Assembly (NCBI GenBank): GCA_051418015.1
Contig: JBPRGF010000029.1
Location: 64,001 to 128,000, forward strand
Length of the DNA: 64,000 nt
Direction of reading: 5' to 3'
Source of the DNA: Candidatus Nitrospinota bacterium M3_3B_026
GTDB taxonomy: Bacteria; Nitrospinota_A; UBA7883; JBPRGF01
Shown here: positions 9,849-19,038 of the stretch, piece by piece
How positions within the stretch are numbered: the first letter of the stretch is position 1
Layout: each line of letters begins with the position of its first letter
Notes under the pieces: model-generated
Seen by the model: the letters and a program-made list of their open reading frames with translations, nothing else
Told to the model about the DNA's origin: nothing
Databases searched by the model: none
Program-made: the position numbers and the translations under genes

Positions 9849-10937
9849 TCAGGCCCCCACGAGGTTGTAGACGGTGTCCCGCTCCACGGGGACGCGCCCG
9901 GCTTCCCGTATCAGCCGCTCGATCCTCTCCCTGGCCAGCGCCTGCGCCGTCTCGGCCCCGGCGGCGTGGGTGATGCGTTCCTCGACCACCGTCCCGTCCA
10001 TGTCGTCGGCGCCGAAGGAGAGGCTCACCTGGGCGAGCTTCTCGCCGATCATTATCCAGAAGGCTTTTATGTGGGGGAAGTTGTCCAGCATCAGCCGGGA
10101 TACGGCTATCATCCGAAGGTCCATCTGCCCCGAGGTCCGCGGCAGATCGCCGTATTTCGTGTTCTTCGGATGGAAGGCCAGGGGGATGAAGGTCAGAAAT
10201 CCGCCCGTCTCGTCCTGTGCCTCGCGGAGCCTTGCGAGGTGGTCGATCCTGTCCTCCGGCGTCTCGATATGGCCGTAGAGCATCGTGGCGTTGGTGCTCA
10301 GCCCGGCGCGATGGGCCGCCTTGTGGACGGCGAGCCACGTCTGTCCGTCTATCTTCTCCGGGCATATCTTGCGCCGGACGCGCTCGCTGAAAACCTCCGC
10401 CCCGCCGCCCGGCAGCGATCCAAGACCGGCTTCTTTAAGCTCCGCCAGGACGGCCTCCACGGTCTTGCCCGATATCCTGGAAAAATATTCTATTTCCACC
10501 GCCGTGTAGGCCTGAAGATGCGTCTCGGGAAACTCCTCGTGGAGTTTTCTGACAAGCTCGACGTAGTATTCGTAGGGCATGTCCGGGTGGAGCCCGCCGA
10601 CTATGTGGAACTCTGAAAAACTCTGGGCCTTGTATGCCCTCGCCGCCTCCATCACCTGGTCAACCCTCATCGTGTAGGCGCCCTCCTGCCCCTTCTTTCG
10701 GGAGAAGGCGCAGAACCGGCACGAGTTCACGCAGACGTTGGTATGGTTTATGTGCCGGTTGTTTATGTAGTAGGCTTTGTCGCCGTTTTTTCTCTCGCGG
10801 ACATGGTTGGCCAGCGCGCCAAGCCCCAGAAGATCCGGCGTCCGCTCAAGGACCAGCCCGTCATCGAAGGATAGCCTCTCTCCTGAGTATACCCTCTCCG
10901 CCACGCGGTCAAGCTCAGGGTCGAACGATTCTTTCAT
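9849..10937 (-). CDS. mqnE: Aminofutalosine synthase (radical SAM)
   Basis: NHTNVCVNSCRFCAF, HIVGGLHP, PGGGAEVF, NATMLYGHIE, NFPHIKAFW, GADDMDGTVVEERITHAAG. Confidence 0.9.
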   Translation of the reverse strand: MKESFDPELDRVAERVYSGERLSFDDGLVLERTPDLLGLGALANHVRERKNGDKAYYINNRHINHTNVCVNSCRFCAFSRKKGQEGAYTMRVDQVMEAARAYKAQSFSEFHIVGGLHPDMPYEYYVELVRKLHEEFPETHLQAYTAVEIEYFSRISGKTVEAVLAELKEAGLGSLPGGGAEVFSERVRRKICPEKIDGQTWLAVHKAAHRAGLSTNATMLYGHIETPEDRIDHLARLREAQDETGGFLTFIPLAFHPKNTKYGDLPRTSGQMDLRMIAVSRLMLDNFPHIKAFWIMIGEKLAQVSLSFGADDMDGTVVEERITHAAGAETAQALARERIERLIREAGRVPVERDTVYNLVGA

Positions 10938-10955
10938 TAGCGCCGCTGGCCGGGC

Positions 10956-11768
10956 CTAGCTCAGTCCCAGCACGTCCCGCATGTCGTAGATGCCGTTCGG
11001 CTGGCTGACTATCCACGAAGCCGCCCGGACGGCTCCGAGGGCGAAGTTGTCCCGCGAGCCGGCCTTGTGGGCAAGCTCTATCCTTTCCCCCTTGCCCGCG
11101 AAGATGATCGTATGCTCGCCGACAACGTCGCCCCCCCGCAGGGACATGACCCCTATCTCCTCCGGGGGCCGTTTGCCCACCTGGCCGCTGCGGCCGTAGT
11201 TGGCCACCTTGCCAAGGTCTCTGCCCAGCGCGTCCGCGGCGATCTTGGCCAGGCGCGCCGCGGTGCCGGAGGGGGCGTCCACCTTCTGGTTGTGGTGCAT
11301 CTCCACGATCTCGATGTCGTACTCGCCGCCGAGGGCCGCCGCGGCCTCCCGGGCCAGCTTGAACAGGACGTTCACACCGACGCTCATGTTCGGCGCTATC
11401 ACCGCCCGGACGCTTTTGGCCATGGCCTCGAATTGCAGCCAGTGCTCGTCGGTAAACCCCGTCGTGCCGATCACTATGGCCGCTCCCGCCTCCTGGGCCT
11501 TCAAAAAATTCTCTAAAGAGGCCGCCGGGGCGGAGAAGTCTATCACCACGTCGCAGCCGCCGATGATCTCCGATATGTCGGAGGTGATGGCGATCCCTCC
11601 CGGCGGAAGGCCCGCCGTCTCCAGAACGTCCTTGCCGATAAAAGGGCTGCCCGCCTGCTCCACGCCGCCGCAGACCGTGACCCCCTCGGCCTGGTCGACG
11701 GCCCTGGTGATGAGCCTGCCCATGCGGCCCGCGCATCCTGAGATTATTACCTTGACAGCCATATCCAA
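10956..11768 (-). CDS. dapB: 4-hydroxy-tetrahydrodipicolinate reductase
   Basis: GCAGRMG, VIGTTGF, EMHHNQKVDAPSGTA, RGGDVVGEH. Confidence 0.96.
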   Translation of the reverse strand: MDMAVKVIISGCAGRMGRLITRAVDQAEGVTVCGGVEQAGSPFIGKDVLETAGLPPGGIAITSDISEIIGGCDVVIDFSAPAASLENFLKAQEAGAAIVIGTTGFTDEHWLQFEAMAKSVRAVIAPNMSVGVNVLFKLAREAAAALGGEYDIEIVEMHHNQKVDAPSGTAARLAKIAADALGRDLGKVANYGRSGQVGKRPPEEIGVMSLRGGDVVGEHTIIFAGKGERIELAHKAGSRDNFALGAVRAASWIVSQPNGIYDMRDVLGLS

Positions 11769-11772
11769 TAAC

Positions 11773-12666
11773 CTACGCCTCGTCCGGCGCGCCCTCCAGC
11801 AGGCCCGCCTTGTTCATAACGTTCTTGAGCTTTTCCCTGTTCATCTGCGACATGGGGCAAAGCGGCAGGCGGAACTCCTCCTCCACCTTGCCCATCATGG
11901 CAAGGGCCGTCTTGACCGGTATCGGGTTCGTCTCGATGAACATCGCCTTCATCAGGCCGAGAAGCTCGTAGTGTATCCCCCGCGCCGTGGCCCAGTCCCC
12001 CTCCATGGCCGCCCGCGCAAGGGCCGCCATCCTGTCCGGGACGACGTTGGCGGTGGAGGAGATCACCCCCTTGCCGCCGATCGCCATCATGGGGAAGGTG
12101 GCCGCGTCGTCGCCGGAGAGGACCACGAACCCGGAGCCTGTCCTCTCGATAAGCTCGGCCGTGTACGAAAGGTCGCCCACGGCGTCCTTTATCCCCACGA
12201 TGTTCTTGTGGGAGGCGAGGCGGGCGATGGTATCCACGCTGACCAGGCTCGCCGTCCTGCCAGGGATGTTGTATATGATCTGCGGGATGTCCACGGCGTT
12301 GGCTACGGCCTTGTAGTGCTGGTATATCCCCTCCTGCGTGGGCTTGTTGTAGTAAGGGCTTATCAGCAGCGCCCCCGCCGCCCCGGCCGCGGCGGCGTGC
12401 CTTGTCAGGGCGATCGCCTCCGCCGTGGAGTTCGACCCCGTCCCGGCGATGACCGGGACGCGCCCGGCCGCCGCCTCCACGCACAGGTCGATGACGCGGT
12501 TGTGCTCATCGTGGGTGAGGGTGGGCGACTCGCCGGTCGTCCCGCAGGCGACTATTCCGTTGGCCCCGCTTTCTATCTGCCAGTCTATAAGATCGGCGAA
12601 AGCTTTCTCGTCTATCTTCCCGTCCTTGAACGGCGTGACTATCGCCACGAACGATCCGCTGAACAT
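11773..12666 (-). CDS. dapA: 4-hydroxy-tetrahydrodipicolinate synthase
   Basis: GTTGESPTL, PYYNKP, YNIPGRT, GIKDA, ETNPIPVK. Start at ATG 12666. Confidence 0.96.
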   Translation of the reverse strand: MFSGSFVAIVTPFKDGKIDEKAFADLIDWQIESGANGIVACGTTGESPTLTHDEHNRVIDLCVEAAAGRVPVIAGTGSNSTAEAIALTRHAAAAGAAGALLISPYYNKPTQEGIYQHYKAVANAVDIPQIIYNIPGRTASLVSVDTIARLASHKNIVGIKDAVGDLSYTAELIERTGSGFVVLSGDDAATFPMMAIGGKGVISSTANVVPDRMAALARAAMEGDWATARGIHYELLGLMKAMFIETNPIPVKTALAMMGKVEEEFRLPLCPMSQMNREKLKNVMNKAGLLEGAPDEA

Positions 12667-12905
12667 CCCTGATATCTCCGTATGATGATATCTGAACATA
12701 TTATCCGGGCTCCGGCGCCGAATCAAGCGCCATGGGGGTCTGTAGTGTCCCGGTTTCAGTCTTGCTCAAAAAGACAAGGTTCCTCGCCTCCGGCTCGGGA
12801 CGCCGAAGCATTGCGGATTTCTTGATATTTTGTCATCCTGGACGGGCGGCGTCTTCGCCGCGACGTGAAGGGCCTTGATTTTTCAAACCGGGGCGCCGCC
12901 CGGAA

Positions 12906-13739
12906 TCAAACATCCATCACGCCCCGGAAAACCTCCGCCGCGGGGCCGGTCATGAGCACGCGGTTCGACCGGGTCCACTCGATGACGAGCGTCCCGCCGG
13001 GAAGCTCCACCGCCACCTTGCGCCCCGTCCGCCCGTTGAGCGCCGACGCCACCGCCACGGCGCAGGCCCCGGTGCCGCAGGCCAGCGTCGCCCCGGCGCC
13101 GCGCTCCCACACGCGGGCCTTCACCCTGCGCCGGTTCTTCACCTCGACGAACTCCACGTTGGTCCTGTTGGGGAATTTTTGAGAGTTTTCTATGGCGGGC
13201 CCCACCCGCTCAAGGTTGACCCCCTCCACGTCATCGGTGAAAATGACGGCGTGGGGGTTGCCCATCGACACGGCGGTGATCCTGTACCGCTTCGACACGG
13301 CGGCCAGGGGCTCGTCCACGACGCGGCCCTTGAAAAGCGACGGGATCGCCTCGCCGTCCAGGACCGGCTCGCCCATGTCCACCTCCACCATGCCGCCTTC
13401 GGCCACCCTGGGGCGGATGATCCCGGCGGGTGTCTCCACGTCGAGGCTCTTTTTCCTTCTTATCACAGGGTCGCGCCTGTCCCACAGGTATTTGGCGAAG
13501 CAGCGTATCCCGTTGCCGCACATCTCCGCCTCGCTCCCGTCGGGGTTGTATATCCTCATGCGGTAATCGGCCCGGCGGGACTTCATTATGACAATAACCT
13601 GGTCGCAGCCTATGCCGAAGCGCCGGTCGCATATCAGCCGGGCTTTTTCGGCCAGGCGCGGAAACTTTTTCTTCCGCAGGTCTACGACGACGAAGTCGTT
13701 GCCGAGACCGTGCATCTTCGTGAACTCAAGCTTCGCCAT
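12906..13739 (-). CDS. dapF: Diaminopimelate epimerase
   Basis: KMHGLGNDF, EMCGNGIRC, SMGNPH, WERGAGATLACGTGACA. Confidence 0.97.
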   Translation of the reverse strand: MAKLEFTKMHGLGNDFVVVDLRKKKFPRLAEKARLICDRRFGIGCDQVIVIMKSRRADYRMRIYNPDGSEAEMCGNGIRCFAKYLWDRRDPVIRRKKSLDVETPAGIIRPRVAEGGMVEVDMGEPVLDGEAIPSLFKGRVVDEPLAAVSKRYRITAVSMGNPHAVIFTDDVEGVNLERVGPAIENSQKFPNRTNVEFVEVKNRRRVKARVWERGAGATLACGTGACAVAVASALNGRTGRKVAVELPGGTLVIEWTRSNRVLMTGPAAEVFRGVMDV

Positions 13740-13887
13740 CTTCGGTCACTCCATCCAGGCCATGCGGGCCCACTCCAGCCAGGCGGGGACTTTTTCGCCC
13801 CTCAGGGCTCCGGGGCCGCTCATTTCGGCAAACTCCAGCCCGGCCATGCGGCCTACTCCAGCCAGGCGGGGACTTTTTCGCCCCTCA
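13737..13887. repeat. Degenerate tandem duplication (~83 bp period) of the lysA-end/dapF-start junction
   Basis: ACTCCAGCCAGGCGGGGACTTTTTCGCCCCTCA is identical at 13772-13804 and 13855-13887. The flanks also align: CATCTTCGGTCACTCCATCCAGGCCATGCGG vs CATTTCGGCAAACTCCAGCCCGGCCATGCGG. Confidence 0.85.
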
Positions 13888-15115
13888 AAAGATCCTCCAG
13901 CGTCTCGCGCTCGCGGATCACTTCGAACCCGGAACCTTTCACCAGGACCTCCGCCACGCGGGGACGGGAGTTGTAGTTCGAGGACATGGAGAACCCGTAG
14001 GCCCCCGCGCTCATCACGGCGATCAGGTCGCCCTGCCGCAGCTTCGGCATAACGCGGTCCTTGGCCAGGAAATCGCCCGATTCGCAGATCGGCCCCACCA
14101 CGTCGGCGGAGACTTTTTTGCGTTCGTTGACCTCCTCGTCCACGGGGACGATGCCCTGGTAGCTGCCGTAAAGGCTCGGGCGGGCCAGGTCGTTCATCGC
14201 GGCGTCGACGACGTAAAAAACCTTCCCCTCGCTCATCTTCGTGTAGAGCGTCCGTGTCACCAGCGCGCCCGCGTTGCCGGCGATCACCCTGCCCGGCTCG
14301 AAGATGATGGCCAGGCCGGACGCCTTCAGCATCGGCCCCACCCGCTCCGCGAGCTCGACGGGATGCGGCGGCGACTCGTCCTTGTAAGTGATGCCGAGGC
14401 CGCCGCCCATGTCGATGTATTTTATCCCGATCCCTTCCTCCCGCAGCGTCCGGACAAGCTCCAGGGTTTTTTCCAGCGCGTCGACGAAGGGGGATATCTG
14501 GGTTATCTGCGACCCTATGTGCTTGTGGACGCCGATCACCTCCACGTTGTCCAGGGCCGCCGCCTGGCGATACTCCTCCAGCGCGGTCTGATAGCTTATG
14601 CCGAACTTGCTCTCCTTGAGCCCGGTGGAGATGTAAGGATGCGTCCGCGGGTCCACGTCCGGGTTGACCCGCAGGGCGACGGGGGCCTTCACGTCCATCT
14701 TCGCCGCCACGGCGTCTATGGTGACAAGCTCCTGGGAGGACTCCACATTGAACATGAGGACCTTCGCCTCAAGGGCCTGTCTTATCTCCGGGCGTGTCTT
14801 GCCCACACCGGCGTAGACGATTTTCTCCGGCGGGACGCCGGCCTTAAGCGCCCGGTAAAGCTCCCCGCCGGAGACTATGTCCGCCCCGCCGCCGAGCTTG
14901 GCGAACAGGCGCAGGACGGCTATGTTCGAGTTCGCCTTCACCGCGAAGCAGATGATATGGGGGACGTCCTCGAAAGCCTTGTCGAAGACCTCGAAATGGC
15001 GTGTCAGCGTGGCGTGGCTGTATACGTAGAAAGGAGTCCCCACCTCTCCGGCGATCTTCGAGAGGGGAACGTCTTCGCAGTGATACTCGCCGTTTTTGTA
15101 CTCGAAATGGCGCAT
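13853..15115 (-). CDS. lysA: Diaminopimelate decarboxylase
   Basis: FAVKANSN (PLP lysine), HIGSQI, EPGR, GPICESGD, GAYGFSMSSNYNSRPR. Confidence 0.97.
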   Translation of the reverse strand: MRHFEYKNGEYHCEDVPLSKIAGEVGTPFYVYSHATLTRHFEVFDKAFEDVPHIICFAVKANSNIAVLRLFAKLGGGADIVSGGELYRALKAGVPPEKIVYAGVGKTRPEIRQALEAKVLMFNVESSQELVTIDAVAAKMDVKAPVALRVNPDVDPRTHPYISTGLKESKFGISYQTALEEYRQAAALDNVEVIGVHKHIGSQITQISPFVDALEKTLELVRTLREEGIGIKYIDMGGGLGITYKDESPPHPVELAERVGPMLKASGLAIIFEPGRVIAGNAGALVTRTLYTKMSEGKVFYVVDAAMNDLARPSLYGSYQGIVPVDEEVNERKKVSADVVGPICESGDFLAKDRVMPKLRQGDLIAVMSAGAYGFSMSSNYNSRPRVAEVLVKGSGFEVIRERETLEDLLRGEKVPAWLE

Positions 15116-15233
15116 TTTTCGACGTTTATATCCTACAGAAGTTTTCAGGTGAAGTTCCTAATCTTGCTGTAACAGGCGGTGTTTGTCAACTTCGGCGGCG
15201 CTGTCCCGGCCCGCTCCCCGGTATAATGAAAAC

Positions 15234-16643
15234 ATGACAAACGAGCCGGGCGGCCCCGTAAAACAGCAGGAGACCATCGCCGCCATATCCACCCCCGTCG
15301 GGGAGGGTGGCGTGGGGATGGTCCGTGTCTCCGGCGCGGGGGCGGTCGATATCGCCAAAAAGATGTTCAGGGAGCCTTCCGGCGGAAGGCGGGATGACTT
15401 CGAGCCGAGGCGGGTCTGCTACGGATACGTGACCGGCGCCGGGGGTGAGCGGATAGACGAGGTCCTGATGACGGTCATGCTCTCCCCGAACACCTACACC
15501 CGAGAGGACATGGTGGAGATAACCTGCCACGGCGGACCGATGGTCGTCCGGCGTGTCCTGGACGCATCCCTCGCGGGCGGGGCGCGGCTCGCCGAGCCGG
15601 GGGAGTTTTCGAAACGGGCTTTTTTAAATGGCCGTATCGACCTTGTCCAGGCGGAGGCGATCATAGACATCATCCGCTCCCGGTCGGAGAAGGGATGGAA
15701 AACCGCCTTTTCCCAGCTCGACGGCAAGCTCTCGGAGACGCTTTCGGGGATCGAAAAGGACCTCGTGGATGTCATGGCCGCGCTGGAGGCGTCCATCGAC
15801 TTCCCCGACGAGGAGCTTGACATCGCCGGGGACGAGCGTTTAAGAAGCGAGCTTGTCTCCCTGCGGAGGCGGGTGGAGGGGATGATTCTCTCCTACGACG
15901 CGGGGAGGATATACCGCGAGGGGGTCGCCGTGGCCATCGTGGGCAGGCCGAACGTGGGCAAATCCAGCCTCATGAACGCGCTGCTCGAGCGGGAGAGGGT
16001 CATCGTCACCCCCGTCCCCGGCACGACCCGGGACACCGTGGAGGAGACGCTACAGATAGAAGGGATCGCCGTGAGGATCGTGGACACCGCCGGGGTGCGC
16101 GAGGCGGCGGACGAGGTGGAGAAAATCGGCGTCGAAAAAACCCTGGCCGCGGCGCGGGAGGCGGACGTCGTCCTCTTCGTTCTGGATAGCTCCGAGCCGC
16201 TGAAAGACGAGGACATAAAAGCCGCCGACGCGCTGGCGGGAGGGGCGTACTCGCTGATCCCGGTCGTCAACAAGTCCGACAGGACGCTGGCCCTGGACAC
16301 AGCCGAGCTTCAAAAACACGCCGCCGGGGAGCCGGTCTTCGTCTCCGCCAAGACCGGCGAGGGGCTCGACGGCCTGAGGCGCAGGATCGCCCGCGAGGTG
16401 GAGAGGAAGGGCGAGCCCCTGGGGGAAGGCCCGCCGCTTACAAGAGAGCGTCACGTGAGCCACCTGAAGGAGATGGCCGAGTCGATCGGCCGCGCCATCG
16501 AGGCGCTGGACGCGGGCATGTCGCGCGAGTTCATTGCCGCCGACCTCGCCGAGGCCAGGGAGGCCGTCGCGAGGCTGACCGGCAAAGCGTTCGACGACCA
16601 GGTCCTCGACAGGATCTTCAGCGAGTTCTGTATAGGCAAGTGA
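15234..16643 (+). CDS. mnmE: tRNA modification GTPase MnmE
   Basis: TIAAISTP, GEFSKRAFLNGRIDL, GRPNVGKSS, GTTRD, DTAG, NKSD, C-terminal FCIGK. Confidence 0.97.
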   Translation: MTNEPGGPVKQQETIAAISTPVGEGGVGMVRVSGAGAVDIAKKMFREPSGGRRDDFEPRRVCYGYVTGAGGERIDEVLMTVMLSPNTYTREDMVEITCHGGPMVVRRVLDASLAGGARLAEPGEFSKRAFLNGRIDLVQAEAIIDIIRSRSEKGWKTAFSQLDGKLSETLSGIEKDLVDVMAALEASIDFPDEELDIAGDERLRSELVSLRRRVEGMILSYDAGRIYREGVAVAIVGRPNVGKSSLMNALLERERVIVTPVPGTTRDTVEETLQIEGIAVRIVDTAGVREAADEVEKIGVEKTLAAAREADVVLFVLDSSEPLKDEDIKAADALAGGAYSLIPVVNKSDRTLALDTAELQKHAAGEPVFVSAKTGEGLDGLRRRIAREVERKGEPLGEGPPLTRERHVSHLKEMAESIGRAIEALDAGMSREFIAADLAEAREAVARLTGKAFDDQVLDRIFSEFCIGK

Positions 16644-16872
16644 GCGCATGGCCCGCCGCCGGAGATGGAGTCTTTTTATCCGCGCGGCTTCACCGGCGGA
16701 ACCTGCGGCGTATCGCCATGACGAAAAGGGTCGTTATGGCGAGGGCGATCAGAATCTCGGCCCCGATAACCAGCCTGCTGAAAAAGTTCAGTTCAAATAG
16801 AAAAACGCCGCGAGGGCGTTTCCTGTTTGTCCCAACTTGAACTACGGAAAGGAAAAAAATCCTCTGCCCTGC

Positions 16873-18084
16873 TCACCACCCGAAATGCGCGCCTGGGAGC
16901 CCATAGCGGAGGCTGGCCATGTAATACTTCTCGAACGCGACTTTCATAAGACGCGCCCATTTTCCCTCCTTGTGGGTCAGCTTGTTTCTCGGAGGCAGAA
17001 GCGGGCTGGCCGCGAGGTAGAAACCGGTGTCGCCGCCGTCGGCGATGCAGATAACTGAAAACTCCTTGCCGCGTTTCTTTTCCCCGCCTTTTATGTCAGC
17101 CGCGATATTGTGCGCCGCCACTTTCGCCATCTCCTCGGTCATCTGCCCGGTCTTGGGGACGCCTACCGGAACGGGCGTCTTCTCCGGCGGGGCGATGGCC
17201 AGCGCCACACCCACGGCGTAGACGTTGGGATAGGCGGGGTTGGACAGGTAATCGTCTCCGATGACGAACCCGCGCGGATTCGAAAACCCTTCGATCCCCA
17301 TGTAGGCGTGAGAGCCGAAAAACGCCGGGACGGTGAAGATGAAATCGCTCTCCAGGACGCTGCCGTCCGCAAGCTCGACGGAGTTCTCGGTTATCCTTGC
17401 GATCTCGGTGTTCGTCCTCCATGCGATGTCGCGGTCGGCGAACTCGTCCTCCAGCATTCGCGTCATCCTGCCGAACCCGCCCACGCCGAAATGGCCAAGA
17501 AAAGGCTCGTTGGTGAGAAGGGTTATTTTAAAGCCGCTTCTTATCCCCTTCCCGCGCAGGATGGTGTCGGTTATCATCGCCATCTCGTATATCGGCCCGA
17601 GGCAGGACGCCCCCTGCAGGTTGACGAACACCAGCGAGCCGGAGCCCTTGGAGATGGCGTTATCGAGCGCGCTTTTAGTCTGGAGGGCCTGATCGGCCGA
17701 GAAAATGGAGTAGCTGTGCCCCCCCTCAGGCCCCACGCCGGGGACGGCGGCGAAATCAAGCTCCGCCCCGGTGGCCGTCACCAGGTAGTCGTACTCGTAT
17801 TCGCCCTTCGAGCCTGAGACCCGGTTTTTGTCCGGCTCGGCCCTGGTTATCGTGTCCTGGACAAAATCGATCCCCTTCGCCCGGAGTTTTTCAGCTACGG
17901 GGAACTGTATGGCCGAGGGCTCGCGCCATCCGGCCGCCACCCACGGCAGCGAGGGGATGAAGGTGAAGACGTCTTCACTGGATACGACCGAAATCTCGTG
18001 CTCCCTGCCCAGCAGTTTTCGCAAAGTCATGGCGGAATGATACCCGCCGAAAGAGGACCCCAGAACGACTACGCGCTTGCCCAT
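16873..18084 (-). CDS. sqr: Sulfide:quinone oxidoreductase family flavoprotein
   Basis: N-terminal FAD-binding VVVLGSSFGG, FIPSLPW, ASCLGPIYE and VICIADGG (the two catalytic Cys motifs), VPVGVPKTGQM. Confidence 0.85.
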   Translation of the reverse strand: MGKRVVVLGSSFGGYHSAMTLRKLLGREHEISVVSSEDVFTFIPSLPWVAAGWREPSAIQFPVAEKLRAKGIDFVQDTITRAEPDKNRVSGSKGEYEYDYLVTATGAELDFAAVPGVGPEGGHSYSIFSADQALQTKSALDNAISKGSGSLVFVNLQGASCLGPIYEMAMITDTILRGKGIRSGFKITLLTNEPFLGHFGVGGFGRMTRMLEDEFADRDIAWRTNTEIARITENSVELADGSVLESDFIFTVPAFFGSHAYMGIEGFSNPRGFVIGDDYLSNPAYPNVYAVGVALAIAPPEKTPVPVGVPKTGQMTEEMAKVAAHNIAADIKGGEKKRGKEFSVICIADGGDTGFYLAASPLLPPRNKLTHKEGKWARLMKVAFEKYYMASLRYGLPGAHFGW

Positions 18085-18097
18085 GACGGCCTCCTAG

Positions 18098-18454
18098 CTA
18101 GAATGTCACGACCCTGTCCGACTCCAATATCCAGCCGTAAAGGTCTTTCATCGCGCCTACCTGGATTTTGTCCGTCATCTCGCCTTCGCCTATGCCGCAC
18201 CTGTCGATGCACGTCTTGCAGTATTTGACCTCGACACCCTCATTGACGAGATCGGTCAGCATCTCGCACAGGTCGAAGAAGTTTTTCGGCGGCTCCAATC
18301 CTTTCCGGCCGGTGTCCACCCCTTCGTTTATGAGAAAGACGCGTGTTTTCGTCCCATTTTTCAGAGCCGTGTCAGCCAGGCGCAAGGCGTTCCAGACCCC
18401 GTCGGAACCCTCGTATGGTGGTGAGCTTATGATAACGAGAAGAGATTTATCCAT
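18098..18454 (-). CDS. DsrE/DsrF-like sulfur relay family protein
   Basis: ISSPPYEGSD..WNALRLA, VFLINEGV, CKTCIDRCG, SDRVVTF; immediately upstream of sqr on the same strand. Confidence 0.85.
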   Translation of the reverse strand: MDKSLLVIISSPPYEGSDGVWNALRLADTALKNGTKTRVFLINEGVDTGRKGLEPPKNFFDLCEMLTDLVNEGVEVKYCKTCIDRCGIGEGEMTDKIQVGAMKDLYGWILESDRVVTF

Positions 18455-18594
18455 ATTTTTCTACCCCAGATATTATAGTATTCAATCGAATACTATAATA
18501 TATCCCCCCCGCGGACAAAGTCAATGAATTAAAACAGTCTCCCGGCGTTCTTTTCCCCGCGATATCTAATTGTTTATTTGCGCCTTAACATTTT

Positions 18595-18705
18595 TTAAAC
18601 CACCGGGATGACGACGAGCGTGAAGATGGTGGGCGATAAAAGCCAGCCGAGGGCCGGCTCGATGATGACCTTCATGTCGTCGATGGTTATGCCGTAGCGG
18701 CCGAC
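18595..18705 (-). pseudogene. Internally deleted cusA-like remnant
   Basis: Translates as GRYGITIDDMKVIIEPALG joined to WLLSPTIFTLVVIPVV*. These match two separate parts of the nearby CusA: ARYGIAIDDARMVIESAIG and GLLSSTILTLIVIPVV. Confidence 0.75.
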
Positions 18706-18742
18706 ATAAAGGAAACGCTGAAAAGCGCCGGATAATTTTTTC

Positions 18743-19012
18743 TCAATAAAGCGGCCGCCCAACTCCCGCCTCTCGCAATCCGCTCTCGTCGACACCCCTG
18801 CCGGCGCAGCATTCGGCGAGTTTTCCATCTACAGCAACTGCCGGCACGGAATGGACACCTAACTCCCGGGCGCGGCTGGCTGCCTTTCTGTCGTTCATGT
18901 CCAGAACCGCGACTTCGCACGATGGGCACGCGGTCTTGTTGACCAGTTCGATCGTCTCTTCACATACCGGGCATCCGGCGCTGAAGACCTCTATCTTTCG
19001 CTTCGCGTTCAT
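18743..19012 (-). CDS. Small thioredoxin/glutaredoxin-like protein (CPVC, Cys-rich), mer-operon associated
   Basis: IEVFSAGCPVC, CPSC, GVHSVPAVAVDG, CC. Confidence 0.85.
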   Translation of the reverse strand: MNAKRKIEVFSAGCPVCEETIELVNKTACPSCEVAVLDMNDRKAASRARELGVHSVPAVAVDGKLAECCAGRGVDESGLREAGVGRPLY

Positions 19013-19038
19013 CGTTCAATCCTCCTTCAATAGTCAGT

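Noticed and set aside
12667..12905. Possible lysine riboswitch upstream of dapA
   Set aside because: The sequence looks like fragments of the family B repeat, with no L-box consensus.
13737..13887. Direct repeats as a possible mini CRISPR array
   Set aside because: Only two copies, one inside the lysA coding end; the flanks are also duplicated; no cas genes.
16873..16875. Selenocysteine read-through of the sqr TGA
   Set aside because: The TGA follows a natural-looking SQR C-terminus, is not at a catalytic Cys position, and no convincing SECIS was seen.
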